In this document: one piece after another, positions 27,472 to 36,628 of the stretch
Layout: each line of letters starts with the position of its first letter
How positions within the stretch are numbered: the first letter of the stretch is position 1
Assembly (NCBI GenBank): GCA_937899875.1
Contig: CALBQP010000069.1
Location: 921-64,920, forward strand
DNA length: 64,000 nucleotides
Origin: an uncultured Clostridia bacterium
Lineage (GTDB): Bacteria; Bacillota; Clostridia; Christensenellales; Christensenellaceae
Direction of reading: 5' to 3'
Made by a program: the position numbers and the translations under genes
Notes under the pieces: model-generated
Databases searched by the model: none
The model's input: only the letters and a program-made list of their open reading frames with translations
What the model was told of the DNA's origin: nothing

Positions 27472-28695
27472 TTACAGGATATTTGGTGCTTGCACATCTG
27501 CATGATCTGCAATTTCTTTCAGGGCGGCGCCGCCCCGGAGCTTTTCATAAACCGATACAATATAGCTGTGTATAGACCGGCCTTGCCGTATGCCGCTGTA
27601 TGTTTCCAATGCGGAACTAAATCCGTGCGCCGCGATATCGTCTTGTATTTCCAGCGAGGCGGGGTCATCCTTGCTGCAGTAACAGTAGCCTGCGGCAATG
27701 CCCACCGCGATATGCGTTGGCGCAATGCCGTTTCGCAGGCACATTTCCAGCGATCCGGCCAGCCGGTCATCCGGCGAGAGCTTGCGCTTGTTATCCTGTA
27801 CCACGCGCCATACCGCAATGCCCAGGCGGCGGTTTTCGAAACGATGGAGCAATTCGTCACAAAACGCATGGATTTCGTCGGGATCGGCATGGTGCTCCCG
27901 CGCAAGCGCCAACCCGGCCTCCCGCAGTGCGCCGACGGCAATCCGCCGGATATCCTCCTGCCGGATCGCTTCTGCCAACAGGCCGATATGCAGCAGGTTG
28001 CCCAAATAAGCGGCCAGTGTATGCGCCATATTGTATACAAACAGCTTTTGCTGTATATAATAGTCAAATGGATGGCAGGGTTTCATATATTTTACATCAG
28101 GGATGGGCCCCACAAATGTTTTGGAATCGACAGGTAGCACGTTGTACGGCTCTGCAATGACACGCAGCGGGTCGCCGTCCTGCAGTGCTTCGGTCATGAC
28201 GGGGACATTTCGCCCAATGCAGGTTTCCACCATGCCGACACATTGACGGAAATGCTGCGCTTCCGCGCCGTGTAGGTGCTGCAAAACAAGCTCGCGTAAA
28301 TAAGTGTTTGCGCCAAGCATGTTCTCGCACACGATGATATTGAACGGACTGAAGTTTCCATTGTTCCAGCGGAACCGCAGGCCCCCGGCAATGCCTTCTG
28401 CTACTGCGGGCAACGCGTTTTTGCCTACGGATGTTGCCATAAGGCCAGCGGTGCAGATGGCTTCATATACTGCGGCGCTGTCATTCGCGCAGACGCCGCA
28501 TACGTTTTGCACAACCACCTCTGTAGTGCGCGTATCCTCCACAAAGCGCAAAGGGTATTGGCCGCTTGCATTCAGCAGGCCGATAAGCGGCCTGTTGACA
28601 TCTATAAAAACAACACGGTAACCGGATTCGCTGAACAATTGTCCGATAAACCCTCGCCCGATGCTGCCTGCGCCGTATATCACCGCGCTTTTCAT
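27472..28695 (-). CDS. mannitol dehydrogenase-family oxidoreductase (mannitol-1-phosphate 5-dehydrogenase-like)
   Basis: MKSAVIYGAGSIGRGFIGQLFSESGYRVVFIDVN...PFNIIVCENM parallels E. coli MtlD (HFGAGNIGRGFIG...NIIACENM). Confidence 0.7.
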   Translation of the reverse strand: MKSAVIYGAGSIGRGFIGQLFSESGYRVVFIDVNRPLIGLLNASGQYPLRFVEDTRTTEVVVQNVCGVCANDSAAVYEAICTAGLMATSVGKNALPAVAEGIAGGLRFRWNNGNFSPFNIIVCENMLGANTYLRELVLQHLHGAEAQHFRQCVGMVETCIGRNVPVMTEALQDGDPLRVIAEPYNVLPVDSKTFVGPIPDVKYMKPCHPFDYYIQQKLFVYNMAHTLAAYLGNLLHIGLLAEAIRQEDIRRIAVGALREAGLALAREHHADPDEIHAFCDELLHRFENRRLGIAVWRVVQDNKRKLSPDDRLAGSLEMCLRNGIAPTHIAVGIAAGYCYCSKDDPASLEIQDDIAAHGFSSALETYSGIRQGRSIHSYIVSVYEKLRGGAALKEIADHADVQAPNIL

Positions 28696-28765
28696 AACGA
28701 TGCCCTCCGGATATCCAAATGCGAAAAAAATGTTTTATACCATGATCAAATTTTGTGTCGGCAGT

Positions 28766-29965
28766 CTATTCCCCAACGCCGGTATATTTATAAACAAACA
28801 CCTTGTTGCGGCCCGCGGCCTTGGCGTCGTACAGTACGGAATCGGCGTAGCGGATGAGCTGGCTGATGGTCGCGCTCCCGTCCTTGCGTGAGCAGCACAC
28901 GCCTATGCTGATGGTCACACGGCCCTCGGGCGAGTCAAAGTGGGGAATGTCGGCGCTTTGCACATCGCTGCGGATTTTCTCTGCCAGCGCCCGGACGTCC
29001 TCCGGTTCCATATCAAGCAGCAGCAGCAAAAATTCCTCCCCGCCGTAACGTACAAGGTGTGATTTTTCCCCGGCAACAGCCTCGTTGATGATACGCGCGA
29101 CATAGCGCAGGCAATGGTCGCCCGCCTGGTGTTTGTACCGGTCGTTGTATTGCTTGAAGCGGTCGATATCCATCATCATCAGCGCAACCTCCTGGTATTT
29201 ATGCCGGGCGCGTTCCAACAGATGTGGAAATTCCCTCTCCATAAAGCGCCGGTTGTGCATTTGCGTCAGTTCGTCCACCGTCACCATTTCGCTCAGGCGG
29301 GTGTTCATTTCATTGATCCACTCGTTTTGCTGCATGATGGTTTTGGAATTGATGAAATCATCCGCCTGCGACCGGTACATCACAATGGAAATGCAGATGC
29401 AGAGTACGGAGGCAAACGCGCTGTTGAGCTGGCTGGAAAAAGGGTCGAGGCCGGGGCCAAGATACTGCCGCATCATGATCATGAAAAACGCCCAGCTGGA
29501 GCCGTACAGCAGAAACGCCTGCCACGGTTTCATCAAAATCAAAACCGCCACGCAGATGCATACGTACAAAAAAACACTGACATCCGCGGCGGTGCGGTGG
29601 GAAAGCGCCGCCACATAGCTGCCCCAGAAGCAGATGCAGAATGCGTAGACGACGCTGATGTTCAAAAACGCCGTCGGTCTTTTCTCAAAATAAGCTTTCC
29701 TGGTCAACAAAGCAATGATACAGGCCATTGTCAGGGCAAGCAGGATGATATATAAAATCAGGAATGTGAAGCGGGGGGATGAACAATCCAGTGGGGAAGA
29801 CGAAGGCCTTACAAGCGTGGATATAATCATAAACAGCTCGAACGCCGCAATAAGCCACGCCACTGCCAAAAACGGCCTTCGCCTTTTTTGGTAAGTTGCC
29901 AATGCAAACGCGCCCCATTCTTCCCGGTTCAGTTTGTTAAAGAAAGACTTTAGCTTTGCTATCAT
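28766..29965 (-). CDS. membrane-anchored diguanylate cyclase (about 6 TM segments plus GGDEF)
   Basis: Translation starts MIAKLKSFFNK..., followed by hydrophobic segments, then MMDIDRFKQYNDRYKHQAGD...VRYGGEEFLLLL. The ATG at 29965 lies 1 nt after the GNAT stop. Confidence 0.88.
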   Translation of the reverse strand: MIAKLKSFFNKLNREEWGAFALATYQKRRRPFLAVAWLIAAFELFMIISTLVRPSSSPLDCSSPRFTFLILYIILLALTMACIIALLTRKAYFEKRPTAFLNISVVYAFCICFWGSYVAALSHRTAADVSVFLYVCICVAVLILMKPWQAFLLYGSSWAFFMIMMRQYLGPGLDPFSSQLNSAFASVLCICISIVMYRSQADDFINSKTIMQQNEWINEMNTRLSEMVTVDELTQMHNRRFMEREFPHLLERARHKYQEVALMMMDIDRFKQYNDRYKHQAGDHCLRYVARIINEAVAGEKSHLVRYGGEEFLLLLLDMEPEDVRALAEKIRSDVQSADIPHFDSPEGRVTISIGVCCSRKDGSATISQLIRYADSVLYDAKAAGRNKVFVYKYTGVGE

Positions 29966-29966
29966 T

Positions 29967-30527
29967 TTACTTTTTTGCTTTTTGGGCCTCAAAATCCTCA
30001 TGCAGCAGGCCATAACGCATGGTGTTGACATACTGCCCATCCACGGCGACTTCCTGCCGGAACAGGCCCTCGGGCTTGAATCCCGCTTTCTCCAGCGCGC
30101 GCCTGCTGGCAATGTTGGGCTCTATCAGTCCGGCGCTCACCTTGTGCAGGCCCAGGTGGTCAAAGCAGAACCCCGCCGTCAGGGAGATTGCCTCGGTTGC
30201 GATGCCCCTGCCCCAGTAGCGCTGTTCGCCTATCAGGTAGCCGATGTACGCATTTTTGTAGTGCGGGTGGATCGGCCCCACCTTGATGTTGCCAATGTGC
30301 TCTTCCGTATCTTTATATATGATCGCAAACATATAATTATTCTTCGATCCCGCAATGTCGATGACAAAATTGCGTATCGACTGAATGGTCTGCTCAGTCA
30401 ACCGGCTCTCCAAAAACCGGTTGATGTCGGGGTCTGTCAGCCAGTTCAAGTACCTGTCCGTACAATCGGCAGGGGCCAGGTCACGCAATATGGTTTTTTC
30501 TCCTACAATCTCTTTGCCGTAGATCAT
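29967..30527 (-). CDS. GNAT-family N-acetyltransferase (RimJ/RimL-like)
   Basis: The 186-aa product has the acetyl-CoA loop YWGRGIATEA and ...SRRALEKAGFKPEG. Its start overlaps the upstream stop by 4 nt. Confidence 0.8.
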   Translation of the reverse strand: MIYGKEIVGEKTILRDLAPADCTDRYLNWLTDPDINRFLESRLTEQTIQSIRNFVIDIAGSKNNYMFAIIYKDTEEHIGNIKVGPIHPHYKNAYIGYLIGEQRYWGRGIATEAISLTAGFCFDHLGLHKVSAGLIEPNIASRRALEKAGFKPEGLFRQEVAVDGQYVNTMRYGLLHEDFEAQKAKK

Positions 30528-31657
30528 ATTGTTTTATCCCACTGTTCCATATCGGGCAAAGGCGCGCCTTTTTCTACCTGCGCCCGGTCAAATCCCCAGT
30601 TTGCGACTTCGTTCTCCACCAGCATATCTACAAATTCATCCTCCGACATGCCCACAACATCCAGAAAATAATCCAGCGAGGCAGGGCGCTTGCCGTCGTA
30701 TTTTTGCGCCAGAGCCATGCCCGTTTCCCTGTCCATATCGCCGTTGCGGATGTCGATGCAGGCCAGATGGTTTGTGCGCCCATGTCCGCGCTTGATGTAT
30801 TTGCAATAATCGCGTACGCCCTGGAACTTGCACTCGATTTTTTCATAATCGTACGATGCGGGGATGCCCTCGACCTGTTGGCCCTCCCAGCCCAGCTCGC
30901 GCTTGATGGTTTCCACGTTTTCTTTGGTATTCCACAAAATATAATTGCCCAGCCAGATCGACTTGGCGTGGATGCGCTTCAGATCCTCGTCGGGAGGAAA
31001 CGCATAAGGCATCAGGTCGCGCCGCGAAACTTTCCCGCCCAGGTATTCGTACATATCGTCCGCCGTAATGGAAAGGTTGATCATCTCGTTAAACAGCTTG
31101 TTGTTGAGCTCCTCCACTTCTTCGGCGGAGCGGTACGCGCGGTATTCGGACGATGATTCGCCCCAGATAACCAGCGGGATATTATATTTGATGGCGATCT
31201 GCATTGTGTGCGCAAAGACGCCCGTATGGCAGAACCAGCAGAAATCGCCGGTGCGTTTGAGCGCTTCCTGCATCAGCAGGCGCACGACCTTCCAGTTGGC
31301 GGTGAATTCCAGTACGTCCACGCCCAGTTTTTTGAATGTACGGTTGTTGTTTTCCTCCACCAGGGGGCGGTATCCCCAATGGTTAAAGCGCACGACCAGC
31401 GGCTTTAAGTGCAGCTGCGTGACCACATACCAGAGCTGGAACGTACTGTCCTTGCCTCCGGAAAAAGGCACGATGCAGTCGTACTGCCCTTTGTCTTTAT
31501 ACTGTGCAATGATGCCGTCCAGTATCTCCTTGCGCTCGTTCCAGTCGATTTTCGCATGCTTGACCTCGGCCTGGCGGCAGATGTTGCACACGCCCTCCGC
31601 ATCAAATTGAATAGTTTCGTGCGTGTCGGGCAACACACATTTTGTACAATACCTCAT
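30524..31657 (-). CDS. N-acetyl sugar amidotransferase (PP-loop ATPase, WbuX/WbpG/PseA-like)
   Basis: MRYCTKCVLPDTHETIQFDAEGVCNICRQ...IDWNERKE...DCIVPFSGGKDSTFQ matches the family N-terminus and the SGGxDS PP-loop. Confidence 0.82.
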   Translation of the reverse strand: MRYCTKCVLPDTHETIQFDAEGVCNICRQAEVKHAKIDWNERKEILDGIIAQYKDKGQYDCIVPFSGGKDSTFQLWYVVTQLHLKPLVVRFNHWGYRPLVEENNNRTFKKLGVDVLEFTANWKVVRLLMQEALKRTGDFCWFCHTGVFAHTMQIAIKYNIPLVIWGESSSEYRAYRSAEEVEELNNKLFNEMINLSITADDMYEYLGGKVSRRDLMPYAFPPDEDLKRIHAKSIWLGNYILWNTKENVETIKRELGWEGQQVEGIPASYDYEKIECKFQGVRDYCKYIKRGHGRTNHLACIDIRNGDMDRETGMALAQKYDGKRPASLDYFLDVVGMSEDEFVDMLVENEVANWGFDRAQVEKGAPLPDMEQWDKTI

Positions 31658-31698
31658 GTGATTCGTCTCCCTTCAAAATCCACCTGTAAAAATTCAAC

Positions 31699-31715
31699 GC
31701 CGGGGCAACCCCGGC
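31699..31715 (-). other. intra-operon GC hairpin between the DUF2142-like gene and the amidotransferase gene; a possible attenuator
   Basis: On the minus strand GCCGGGG-TTG-CCCCGGC is followed by GTTGAATTTTTAC. Confidence 0.35.
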
Positions 31716-31729
31716 AATATTAATATTGA

Positions 31730-33763
31730 TCAATAGTATTCCAGTACTGTCGTAAGCAGCGTAAACGCGGCAAGCAGCACGGCGACAAACTGGATGTTGA
31801 GCTGTGCGCGCTCGTACGAACCGCGCCCCACGACCGGCCACACGTTCTGCCCCAAAAACGGCAGCAGGAAAAACATAAACAGGAAATACCGGCCCTGCAC
31901 GCCCTCCACGCTGCCCGCGCGTACCGGCGTCCACGACAGGTACAATGCCAAGTACGTCAGCGCGACCGTTGCCACCATGACAAGCAGGATCATAAACCGG
32001 TTTAACAGGGAAACGCCGGTCACGCCCTGCGCCAGTTCGGGCTTGTATTGGTAACGGGTATAGCTGAACGCCACGACCGCCAAAAAGGCGATGTAGATAT
32101 AGATAAATATCTCGTATGGAAAATACGTCATCTGCCCCAGGTTGAAAAGCTGCGTCAGGTTGAGCCCCGCATCCCGCATCATCGATTTATACACGATGGA
32201 GGTGGCGGAAACCGGCTCCTGCATAAAGAAAGCCAGCTGCTGGCCCATGTTTGCGCCGCGCGTGCTCACCGTATCGCCCGAAAGCGCGGAAGTGCCGCCC
32301 GAAAGAGACGTCATAAGCTTCACCTGCCACAGCGCGGCCAGTACGGCCAGCCCCACGACCAGTAACGCGCCCAGGTATTTTGTCTTCTTGTCCGCATAGC
32401 GCGACGCGGGGATGAAAAGCGGCAGCAGCGCCAGCGCTCCCAGCGTATATTTTTTCATAACGACCAGCGCCATAAGCAGCGCAAAGACCGCAATATGCTT
32501 CCACGATATCTTGTACGAGTCGTTGAAATACATATCGATAAAGTATGCGCCCATCAACAGGCTGATGCCGTAGACGACCGCGTCGGAATTATATGAGCCG
32601 GCAACCATCAGCGTCATGGGCATGATGGACAGCACTGCCATAAACAGCTTGAACCGCGGCGCTTTTTTGACGGCGAAAAACACAAACAGTGCGTACACAA
32701 TCGCACTGGCAATCCGCCCCGCATAAAAGCAGCCCATCAGGTCCGCCCCAAACAACCGCGCAAAGAAAAGTCCGATGGCGGACGGCAGGTGCCACAGGAA
32801 GAATACGCCTGTCCCCCATGCGGAATTCGGCTCGGGGGTGGCGTCAAACGCAACGCCCCCAAGGGAATTGCCCGTCAGGGTCGCCTGGTGGTTGTTTATG
32901 ATGTCGTTATAGCTGGCGGCCAGCTGCCCGCCCTCTGCGGCGTTGGTGAAAAATTGTCCGTCCGCCACCAAAAACGCCGTGGCAACGTGCTGCTGCTCGT
33001 CGGGCGTATCGGTAATGGGCGTGATCAGGCTGAACAGTATGCCGAACACCAGCACGAGTATGAACATGTTGACATACAATTTGTCCGACCAAAACAGTAT
33101 GGCGGCGCACACCAGCAAAATGAGTACGGCTGTGATGGCAAGGATATCGGTGCTGACGTGGGAATACCCCATCCGTAGCGCAATGCTGCCGTCCAGCGCC
33201 GTGTCGTCCACCTGCGCCGGCGCGATGCCGCCGTCTGTGATCAGGTATATGCCTAACGCATTGCCCGACTCGGCCTCGGCAGTTGTGATGGTCAGCGTCG
33301 CGGTATCGCCCGCGGCCACGGCTGTTTCGGCAATCGGTATGCCAAACGTGCCCTCCATTGGGATTTTGTCGGCGTTAAAAACGGCTTGTGTGATGATTTG
33401 CCCGTCGCTGCCCGTCAGCGTGATCGTATATTCGGCGCGGTTGATCCGCTCGTATGTATCAAACCGTATTTCCAGCCCTTTGATCGATCCGCCGTCAAGC
33501 GGCACCTCCTGCGAGACCTGCATGCCGGTGGTAATCTCTCCGCTGTCAGCTGTCCCGCCGGGGCTGGCAATATCCACAAACTGCGTACGCGGCATAAACA
33601 TAAACACAAAAAGACTGATGACCACTGCAAATATGACCATCAACATAATCCGCTGCTTCAGCCGGGGCTGGGGCGGCGTCAGCACCCGCTGTATTTTTGT
33701 TTTCCACGGTAACGGAGAAGTGGCATTTGCGCTGCTTCCATCTTGCTGCCGGGTTTGTTCCAT
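31730..33763 (-). CDS. large polytopic membrane protein, DUF2142-like (putative GT-C-like glycan-modifying enzyme)
   Basis: The 677-aa product has one N-terminal TM segment, a ~170-aa extracytoplasmic domain, then more than 10 TM segments with ITPITDTPDEQQHVATAF. The family assignment is from memory only. Confidence 0.5.
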   Translation of the reverse strand: MEQTRQQDGSSANATSPLPWKTKIQRVLTPPQPRLKQRIMLMVIFAVVISLFVFMFMPRTQFVDIASPGGTADSGEITTGMQVSQEVPLDGGSIKGLEIRFDTYERINRAEYTITLTGSDGQIITQAVFNADKIPMEGTFGIPIAETAVAAGDTATLTITTAEAESGNALGIYLITDGGIAPAQVDDTALDGSIALRMGYSHVSTDILAITAVLILLVCAAILFWSDKLYVNMFILVLVFGILFSLITPITDTPDEQQHVATAFLVADGQFFTNAAEGGQLAASYNDIINNHQATLTGNSLGGVAFDATPEPNSAWGTGVFFLWHLPSAIGLFFARLFGADLMGCFYAGRIASAIVYALFVFFAVKKAPRFKLFMAVLSIMPMTLMVAGSYNSDAVVYGISLLMGAYFIDMYFNDSYKISWKHIAVFALLMALVVMKKYTLGALALLPLFIPASRYADKKTKYLGALLVVGLAVLAALWQVKLMTSLSGGTSALSGDTVSTRGANMGQQLAFFMQEPVSATSIVYKSMMRDAGLNLTQLFNLGQMTYFPYEIFIYIYIAFLAVVAFSYTRYQYKPELAQGVTGVSLLNRFMILLVMVATVALTYLALYLSWTPVRAGSVEGVQGRYFLFMFFLLPFLGQNVWPVVGRGSYERAQLNIQFVAVLLAAFTLLTTVLEYY

Positions 33764-33817
33764 GTGATGTTTCCCTCAAATAATACTATTGCTGATTCGT
33801 ATAAAAAGACACGTGTC

Positions 33818-33846
33818 ATTATACCGCTTAAGCGTTGCGCTGTCAA
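33818..33846 (-). promoter_or_regulatory. perfect consensus sigma-70 promoter of the DUF2142-amidotransferase-GNAT-GGDEF operon
   Basis: On the minus strand: TTGACA (33841-33846), a 17-nt spacer, then TATAAT (33818-33823), about 55 nt upstream of the ATG at 33763. Confidence 0.7.
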
Positions 33847-33904
33847 AAAACGCAGGTATAAAACACGCCGATCTATATAAAATGTATTTTTGTGGAAAAA
33901 CATC

Positions 33905-36622
33905 TTAAGATGGTTCGTTTTCGGCCACAAAACGGTCTATGGCAGCGATGGCTTTCTCGTATTCGGCGACAAGCACAAGATCCGCCAACTCGTCGGTCAG
34001 ATCCTTGAAGCTGTGTGCTTCGGCCAGACGAACCAGCACCCTGTCCACTGCCGCGATATCCATTGCCGCCAGGTGGCCGCGCAATGCGGTGAGGGACGCA
34101 AAAAACGCATCCACATCCTGTGCGCCGGCGGCTTTGCCGGTGGAAGGCGCGGCGGCGGCCAAAGCGGCGTCGATCGCGTCCAGCACAGTCCTGTATGCCG
34201 ATACAAATCCCGCATGACTTGCAGCTATATAAGACGTATTCTCTTCGCGCGCAGCCTGTTCCAGCGCCAGTGCTTGCTGGGAGACGCCGTCGGCGCCAAT
34301 GCTGGCGGCGGCACTCTTGACCGCGTGCACATATGTCCTGTACAGCGGGTAATCCCCGTTTCGAACCGCCTCGTCCATCTCGGGGATTTTCTCGTCCCCA
34401 TCCTTCATGAATGCGCGCAGCGCACGCAAATAACCGGCCAGCGACCCGCCTGTCAACGCAATACCTTTTGCGGTATCCACGCCGCCTATGGCAATGTCGA
34501 ATTGTTCCTGTTTATGTTTGTACGGGACGGCTTCCCGCTGCTTTCCTTTTGGAATCCACAGGGCCAGCATCCGCGTCAGTTTTTCAATGTCAATGGGTTT
34601 GGACAGGTAGTCGCTCATGCCGCTCTTCAAAAACATGTCCTCTATGCCGGCAATTGCGTTGGCCGTAAGCGCCACAATCGGCAGGTTCTTGTACCGGTCG
34701 TCTGCGGCGGGCAGGTTCCGAATCAGGTTGGTTGCCTCGATTCCGTCCATCCCCGGCATCATATGGTCCATAAACACAATATCATAGTCCGTGCTGCGAA
34801 TGCGCTCCACAGCCTCGGCCCCGCTCCCGCAGGTATCCACGTGCATGCCATACGGCGTCAGGAGGCCCTGCATCACAATCAGGTTGGTTAAAATGTCGTC
34901 CACTACCAGCACGCGCGCGTCGGGGGCGGTGAACATCATGTCATGTGCGCCGTGATCACCCGCGGAGTCCTCCGCAGGCTTGCCCCTATCCAGCAAATCG
35001 GCTATGGTTATGGAGTGTAAAGGCAGATGTGCGGTGTCGGCCTGTGACACGACGGCCTGCGCGCCGTATTCCAGCAGCGCAACCACCTCTGTGCCAAGAT
35101 GCAGCTTTTCCAGGACGTTGACTGCGCTGGAAAGCATCACCTGCGACACAAAAACATGGGTAAAGTCCGGGCCGGATTCCAGCAGTTTCTCATAAAATCC
35201 CGCATACGTATCCGTCCATGTGCAGTGGATCCCCAGGTTTTCCAACGAACGCATGATGGACCGGCTGTCGTATTCGTCCATGTCGTACAGTAAAACGTTT
35301 ATCTGGTCCGCACCACGCACGGCAATGGCCGGGGTTTTGTCCACAATGCGCTGTGGCAGGGTGACGGTGAAGCAGCTGCCCTTTCCGTGCTCGCTTTCCA
35401 CACGGATATCGCCGCCCATTGCGGTGCAAAGGCTCTTGGTGATGGCGAGGCCAAGGCCCACGCCTTCAATCCCGTGCGTTCCCTTTTCGTGCAGTTGGAC
35501 AAAATTATCAAAAAGGTGCTCCATATTTTCAGGCGCGATGCCTATACCGCTGTCCGACACCTTTATGCGTAACCGGGCGATGTCATCGTCCAGTATTTCC
35601 ACTTCAACAGACAGGTCGACAAATCCCTGCGCCGTATATTTTTCGGCATTGGAAATCAGGTTGATGATGATTTGGCGTAGGCGGAGCTCGTCACCCATCA
35701 ACATGGACGGCAACTGCGCATCGATAAACGCCGTCAGCTTGACCGGCCGGTCCGTAAGCCGCATGTTGACCGTGTTGATGATGTCGCTCAGCATGGACGC
35801 GGGCGCATATTCCGCATCGACAATCACCAGCCGTCCCGATTCGATTTTGGACAGGTCCAATATGTCGTTGATGAGGGAAAGCAGCGTCAGGCTTGCTTGC
35901 TTGATGTTTTTGGCGTGGCCGTATGTCGCGGGGGATATCTCATCCCGCAAAATCAACTCGTTCATTCCCATGATTGCGTTCATCGGCGTGCGTATCTCGT
36001 GGCTCATTTTTGCCAGGAAATCGCTCTTGGCCTTGTTGGCGGTTTCCGCCATCATTTTGGCCTGTATAATGTCCGTAAAATCGTGGAAAAAACCGATTGC
36101 GCCGCTGATATGGCCGTCGTTATCGTACAGCGGCGATATCTGTATGCGAAGATGCAGAACATTGCGCGGCGGCGTATTGATTTGCGCGTCAAACACCGTG
36201 TCGCCGTTATGGATGGCGTATTCAAAGGAATCAAATATCTTTTTGGATACGTCCGCATTGCTGCGCGAGATAGCGGATTCCAAAAAAAGGTCGGCGTGGC
36301 GGCCGTTGACAATGCCGATGGATGGAATGCCCATTGCACGCAAAAAAGCGTCCGTGCAATAGAGTACGCGCATATCCTTGTCCACCATGACCAGCAGTTC
36401 GGGACTGTAGCGCATCAGCAACTCCATGTGCTTTTCCTGGCGCGCCTTTTCCTCCGACATCAGCGTGGATACTTTTGCCTTTGCCTCCACGACAGCCGTC
36501 GTACGGCTCATCATCTGCTCCTGGACCCGGATTTTACGCGTCAGGCGCTTGACTTCGTTTTGCAGTTTTTTAATCTGTTTTTCTGTGGTAAAGTCTTGCT
36601 CGTCTTCCGGCAATCTATACAC
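33905..36622 (-). CDS. cytoplasmic hybrid sensor histidine kinase (coiled coil-PAS-HisKA-HATPase-pseudoREC-REC-Hpt)
   Basis: The H-box reads KMSHEIRTPMNAIMGMNEL, with DSGIGI and GVGLGL. The receiver reads VLVVDDILTN..VFMDHMMPGMDG..SKP. The C-terminal Hpt motif is YVHAVKSAAASIGA. The start is GTG at 36622, or TTG 9 nt downstream. Confidence 0.9.
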   Translation of the reverse strand: MYRLPEDEQDFTTEKQIKKLQNEVKRLTRKIRVQEQMMSRTTAVVEAKAKVSTLMSEEKARQEKHMELLMRYSPELLVMVDKDMRVLYCTDAFLRAMGIPSIGIVNGRHADLFLESAISRSNADVSKKIFDSFEYAIHNGDTVFDAQINTPPRNVLHLRIQISPLYDNDGHISGAIGFFHDFTDIIQAKMMAETANKAKSDFLAKMSHEIRTPMNAIMGMNELILRDEISPATYGHAKNIKQASLTLLSLINDILDLSKIESGRLVIVDAEYAPASMLSDIINTVNMRLTDRPVKLTAFIDAQLPSMLMGDELRLRQIIINLISNAEKYTAQGFVDLSVEVEILDDDIARLRIKVSDSGIGIAPENMEHLFDNFVQLHEKGTHGIEGVGLGLAITKSLCTAMGGDIRVESEHGKGSCFTVTLPQRIVDKTPAIAVRGADQINVLLYDMDEYDSRSIMRSLENLGIHCTWTDTYAGFYEKLLESGPDFTHVFVSQVMLSSAVNVLEKLHLGTEVVALLEYGAQAVVSQADTAHLPLHSITIADLLDRGKPAEDSAGDHGAHDMMFTAPDARVLVVDDILTNLIVMQGLLTPYGMHVDTCGSGAEAVERIRSTDYDIVFMDHMMPGMDGIEATNLIRNLPAADDRYKNLPIVALTANAIAGIEDMFLKSGMSDYLSKPIDIEKLTRMLALWIPKGKQREAVPYKHKQEQFDIAIGGVDTAKGIALTGGSLAGYLRALRAFMKDGDEKIPEMDEAVRNGDYPLYRTYVHAVKSAAASIGADGVSQQALALEQAAREENTSYIAASHAGFVSAYRTVLDAIDAALAAAAPSTGKAAGAQDVDAFFASLTALRGHLAAMDIAAVDRVLVRLAEAHSFKDLTDELADLVLVAEYEKAIAAIDRFVAENEPS

Positions 36623-36628
36623 CTCGTA

